Both the position numbers and the translations under genes were made by a program. A DNA stretch of 62,786 nucleotides, counting the filler, from Klebsormidium nitens (Eukaryota > Plantae > Klebsormidiophyceae), in NCBI GenBank assembly GCA_000708835.1. It is 6 parts of 6 records of this genome, joined end to end, with 100 filler letters (N's around TTAATTAATTAA, not from the genome) between each part and the next. Parts side by side here need not be neighbours in the genome. Positions count along the whole stretch, not along the records: positions 55,678 to 60,079 come from DF238505.1; positions 60,180 to 62,786 come from DF238386.1; 4 more parts are not named here. One strand, 5' to 3'. This document shows positions 58,848-62,786 of the stretch, one piece after another. The notes under the pieces were generated by a model, which was given only the letters and a program-made list of their open reading frames with translations, ran no database searches and had not been told where the DNA came from. How positions within the stretch are numbered: position 1 is the first letter of the stretch; every line of letters starts with the position of its first letter.

Positions 58848-61800
58848 CTGCAAGAAATAAGACCAATACTTGTAGGATCATCTGCAGCCTTTTCTCGGAG
58901 TCTGTTTTCACTTTTTATTGAACAATTAGCTCTCTTGAAAAGCAAAAGGCCTTTACTGCGTTGATGATACGGGGCACGTGTACGCACGGAGTCGAGTCAA
59001 TCCCGCGCGCGCGGCAAAAGAACAAAACCTCGAGGAAAGAAAGGCCCGGATTTGCAGAGCAAGGTCGTCCCAGGAAAAGATGATGCTTTCCGCGATAGAG
59101 AAACTCTGCGGATTGACGGAGTCAAGGTTTTCGGGGCTTGCATAGACGACGGTCGTCGCTTGAACAGGGAGTGCCGTAGGGGCAGAAGGAATGTTACAGC
59201 TCCCAAGAGAAGCTCAAGCTTCGATTCTCAAAAATGGGCTGTCTGTTGCACCAAAGAGTTTGAGAATAGTAAGCATCAAGCCGAGCGGAAGTGTCCTGCT
59301 TCTTCACACTTCGTGTGCGAACACAATCGACAGTGACCCTGACAATACAGAGATAAGCGACCGGGGTAGAGAACCGCCCGCTTGATTCGTTAGCAGGTGA
59401 AAGACGTCTTTCGTCATAAAAACGGTCCTGCCAACCAAAGGAGCCGCTAGCTGAAACTTGTACGGTGGGCGACCGGAAATTTCAGCCGCCCAGCTGGTCT
59501 GCTAGTATAAAAGACAGCTTTGTCGCCTTCAAAGTTATGCCGAGTAAAGATGCTTTCGAAAGAACGTCACATCGACCGCAGAATACAACCGCCCACCTTC
59601 TGTGCTGTCAAATTAAACGCAAGTTGTCGCCTCTGATTGTCTACGGACAATGAAAGAGCTACCAAACGTACTTCCTATCGAATGGAGAGTTCGACCTCCT
59701 ACCTCGTGTGCTGGTATAGAAAGATTCCATCCCCTTTCAAGTGCTACCAGATACAACAGGAACCGAAACTAAAGGGACTGGGGGAGTCTAATCGCCCATG
59801 CACCTTGTTTGCTGGTAGGACAAGTCGCCGTCGCAATCCGGGAAGCAGCGCCAGTCGGCCGGAACTGCGCCGTTGGGGACGGATGTAACTAGGTTGGGGT
59901 AGCCCGGGAGGGGGCCGGAATTCACCAAGTTCGAGCACCACTGCGACGTAGAATCACGGATATAATGTAACGGCACGACTGCGCACCGACTCCCGGCTGC
60001 GCGCTGAACTCGCGGCCGCGCATCGTCCGTTATTATACGCTATCGACTTATTTGATATATCGAATCACTACACGACACGNNNNNNNNNNNNNNNNNNNNN
60101 NNNNNNNNNNNNNNNNNNNNNNNTTAATTAATTAANNNNNNNNNNNNNNNNNNNNNNNNNNNNNNNNNNNNNNNNNNNNCACTTTATCCGATGACGAAGC
60201 TGCACAAAACATTCAGATATAAGGATCTTAAGTTGTCAGGGCCCAGCCGAGGCGCGCTGGCTAAGCATCTGTTGTCCAGCGGGTATGATGCTGAGCAATC
60301 GGGCCTTTCGTTGAAGGTCGAAAGTTGCGTCATCATGGCAAAAATGGCACCGTGACCTTCTGCTCTGATAAAGGAGAGATTTGACGGCAGTGCGCACGCT
60401 GAGCTTTTGTTGAATAGAAGATTGACTGTCTAGATCAATCAACTTTTGCTTTAGACTCGGATAGTCAGATAGTGCCAGCTTCAACCGTTCGTTCGCACGT
60501 TTTACTGCATCTGAGATTGATCGCGCCGGATTATCGTGTTGTCGATTATGCATGATCAACTTTCACAGTAGGAACAAGCAGCCGGATCCGCCGGCCTGAG
60601 AGCACCCGCGCCTTTGAGATCCTGATTATGATTCGTTGTCGTCCAATTGCAGATTACTCCGTCAACATCTACCATGATACCACTGGCCACCTCCGATTCG
60701 CAATGCTCCTCGGCGGCCCCAGCAACACGCAAGCAAGCCTGGAGAAGGCCGCGGAAGATGCGCTAAAGGCGGGTGCCGCTGGCGGAACAATGGTCCTTCA
60801 GAGTCCGGACGGAACTCTGGTCGGTCGCCCCTTCGGAAGCGCGTGGTGGTCGGACGGAAGCGGATGGCAGGTCAGCGGAACTTCGGCTTCAACGCTCCCT
60901 CATCCCTGTTCTACGCTACTTCCTTCTCAGGGTAACATAAAAGCGAGGAACAAAGTTCTGTCTCCTTATACACGCTTTCTTGGGGCAATCATTCGAATCC
61001 TGCACTGTACTGACGGCCTCGTTTACGGTCATATGTTACATGAGGCCTTCCAGCTGCTCGGCATAGCTCTTGACGAAAGAACTATCTCATCGTTCGTAAG
61101 GTGCTAAGACGATTGTACATCGCTTGCAGGTCATTCCAAAGGACTTCCTCAAGTCGACTGTGATCCAGCTTTCCGACGTCGTGGTGCCGAGCACAATTAA
61201 AGCTCCCCTTCAGATTGTTATGAATCTGAAACCTACTTCGTGGCTGAAAGCACGTACGTGAAAAAGTCAGTGAAGTTGATGCTTTTGAAACATACGCGGT
61301 TACATATTTTTCATACGGTTCAGCGCACTGGAGGTAGTTCAGATTAAGATTGATGCAACATAACGATGCAATAAGCACTGCTTGTGATTGATCTGCAGCT
61401 CAAGTTAATCAGTTCGCCAATATGCATGCCGTGGGAGCTACATGATGGCACACTGATACAATGAAATGTCGCGTCAGCTGCGTTCTGAGGAAGACAAGTC
61501 TTGCAGGCGCAGGTATCACGTCCTGCTATTATTTAGAGGCATCCTTGCACAGCGATTGAGAATACAAAGGCGAGCCCAGACACTTCTACTCAGAGCGCAT
61601 CCAAGTTTGCTCCCTCCATTGTTTGACGGCTAACGTTGACGTCCTCCTACATGCCCTTTAGCTGAGTACCGCCCAATTGCCATTGATTTCGACCAGACGC
61701 ATGATCTTTATTGTGTGATTCCTACGTCACGTGGGCTGCTCCTATAGGTACAGCCGCAACATATTCCGGCGACGTTGTTCCGCCGGAACTCGTTGCTAAA

Positions 61801-62039
61801 AGAATCATGGACCAAACCCCGAGACCGAGCGCGGCGGCGGCCGCCTTCGCGGGCAGCCAAGGCGCCCGCGCGCTTCGGTCCTGACGCGGCGCACTACAGT
61901 AGGTTTTAACGTTAAGGTCTGAACTGCTTGCCTACAGAGGTTCATAGAACCGTTCTATGACCGGCCTCATTTTTTCACCGCCTGATCGTGATGGGCAACT
62001 CTTCTAGCAGTGAACAAGCCGGGGCGCCCTTGCTGACCA

Positions 62040-62577
62040 GGGTTTGTGAGCAGGGGCATCATCTCATCCTGTTCACACGTTCTCCGACGCGACCTGTACG
62101 AGAAGCTGACCACCTCCCACTTCCTCATGGCGTCATCACGGTGGAAGACAAGCCTACTTCCAGCCTTGTGCCCTTGCCTCTAAGGCGTGCTTTATAGACG
62201 CGCACAACATCCTGGAGGTTTATAAGGACGCCACCTGCCCAACCGAGCTCCATCTAGCCTGTCCAGCAATAAGAGGGCCCGCGAAATGGCTGAGCTGCAC
62301 CAACTCAGGTCAGCTTTTGTTCACGACCAAGGATGCAGAGGGTACGAGCTGGAGGTTTGGGGGGCATGCTTTGGAGTCTGCAGTCCTCGTTTGTGTTAGG
62401 AAACGGGGGGCAACTTTCAACGTCAGGATTCAGCCTATCATGAATAAATGGTACATCAATTGGGGGTTCTTTCTGGGACTTGAGGAGCTGAGACCATACG
62501 CCTTGGCACCTTCTGCTTTGCAAGGTCTTCAACCGATTTACAGCCGGAGACGTGGCAAAAGAATATTGAACAAGTAA
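62040..62577 (+). CDS. Possible degenerate B3 DNA-binding domain gene
   Basis: LYEKLTTSH (cf. LFEKxLTxSD), LFTTKDAEGTSWRF (cf. DxxGxxWxFRY) and KWYINWGFFL (cf. YVLTxGWxxFV) appear in the right order but in different frames. Exon structure is unresolved. Confidence 0.3.
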
Positions 62578-62786
62578 AAAATTGAGAGACCTCGTACTCC
62601 GGCCTGCCTTTCTGTGGACTTCGAGCTTGAGCCTGGCAGATGAAACACCAATCAGACAGAAGCTCGCCTCGTTGACTAGTAGGGACTACTTTCAAATAAC
62701 TATGCGTGAAAGCCGACTTGTCAAACGGTGTCACAGATCGATCACGCCGCTCCTTTGTTCAACAAAGATGAAGCGGCGCTGAACAG

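Noticed and set aside
60236-61378. ORFs 60236-60559 (-), 60628-61107 (+) and 61082-61378 (-)
   Set aside because: No recognisable motifs or consistent exon structure; cannot support a call.

Overview
Eukaryotic, intron-rich, GC-rich draft scaffold with many N-gaps, several containing an artificial TTAATTAATTAA spacer. Host genes resemble land-plant orthologues, so a streptophyte alga such as Klebsormidium is likely (inference). Host genes: an intronless trypsin-like protease (+), a 9-exon fibrillin-11/ORG1 pseudokinase-fibrillin gene (-), a TTF1/Reb1-like multi-Myb gene (-), a large FYRN/FYRC + WD40-like gene (+), a partial CBM + GH10 xylanase gene (-) and a possible B3-like gene. Mobile DNA is abundant: hAT-, Tc1/mariner- and CMC-type MITEs; two TTAA-bounded (Kolobok-like) ends; a decayed chromodomain Ty3/gypsy; and two inverted, related Ty3/gypsy copies carrying a degenerate adenine-methyltransferase-like domain. 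The most interesting block (about 12.5-22.1 kb) is a spliced SWIM-CxC-KDZ (Zisupton-like) transposase gene. It is followed by a 168-bp hairpin-forming tandem array and an intronless virus-like Prim-Pol/Zn-finger/D5 primase-helicase gene, which together may form a composite replicative element. A second recurring oddity is that three host genes carry intronic 'echoes' of their own exon ends with splice sites, two of them frame-preserving mini-exons. All domain calls are from motif recognition by eye; no searches were run.
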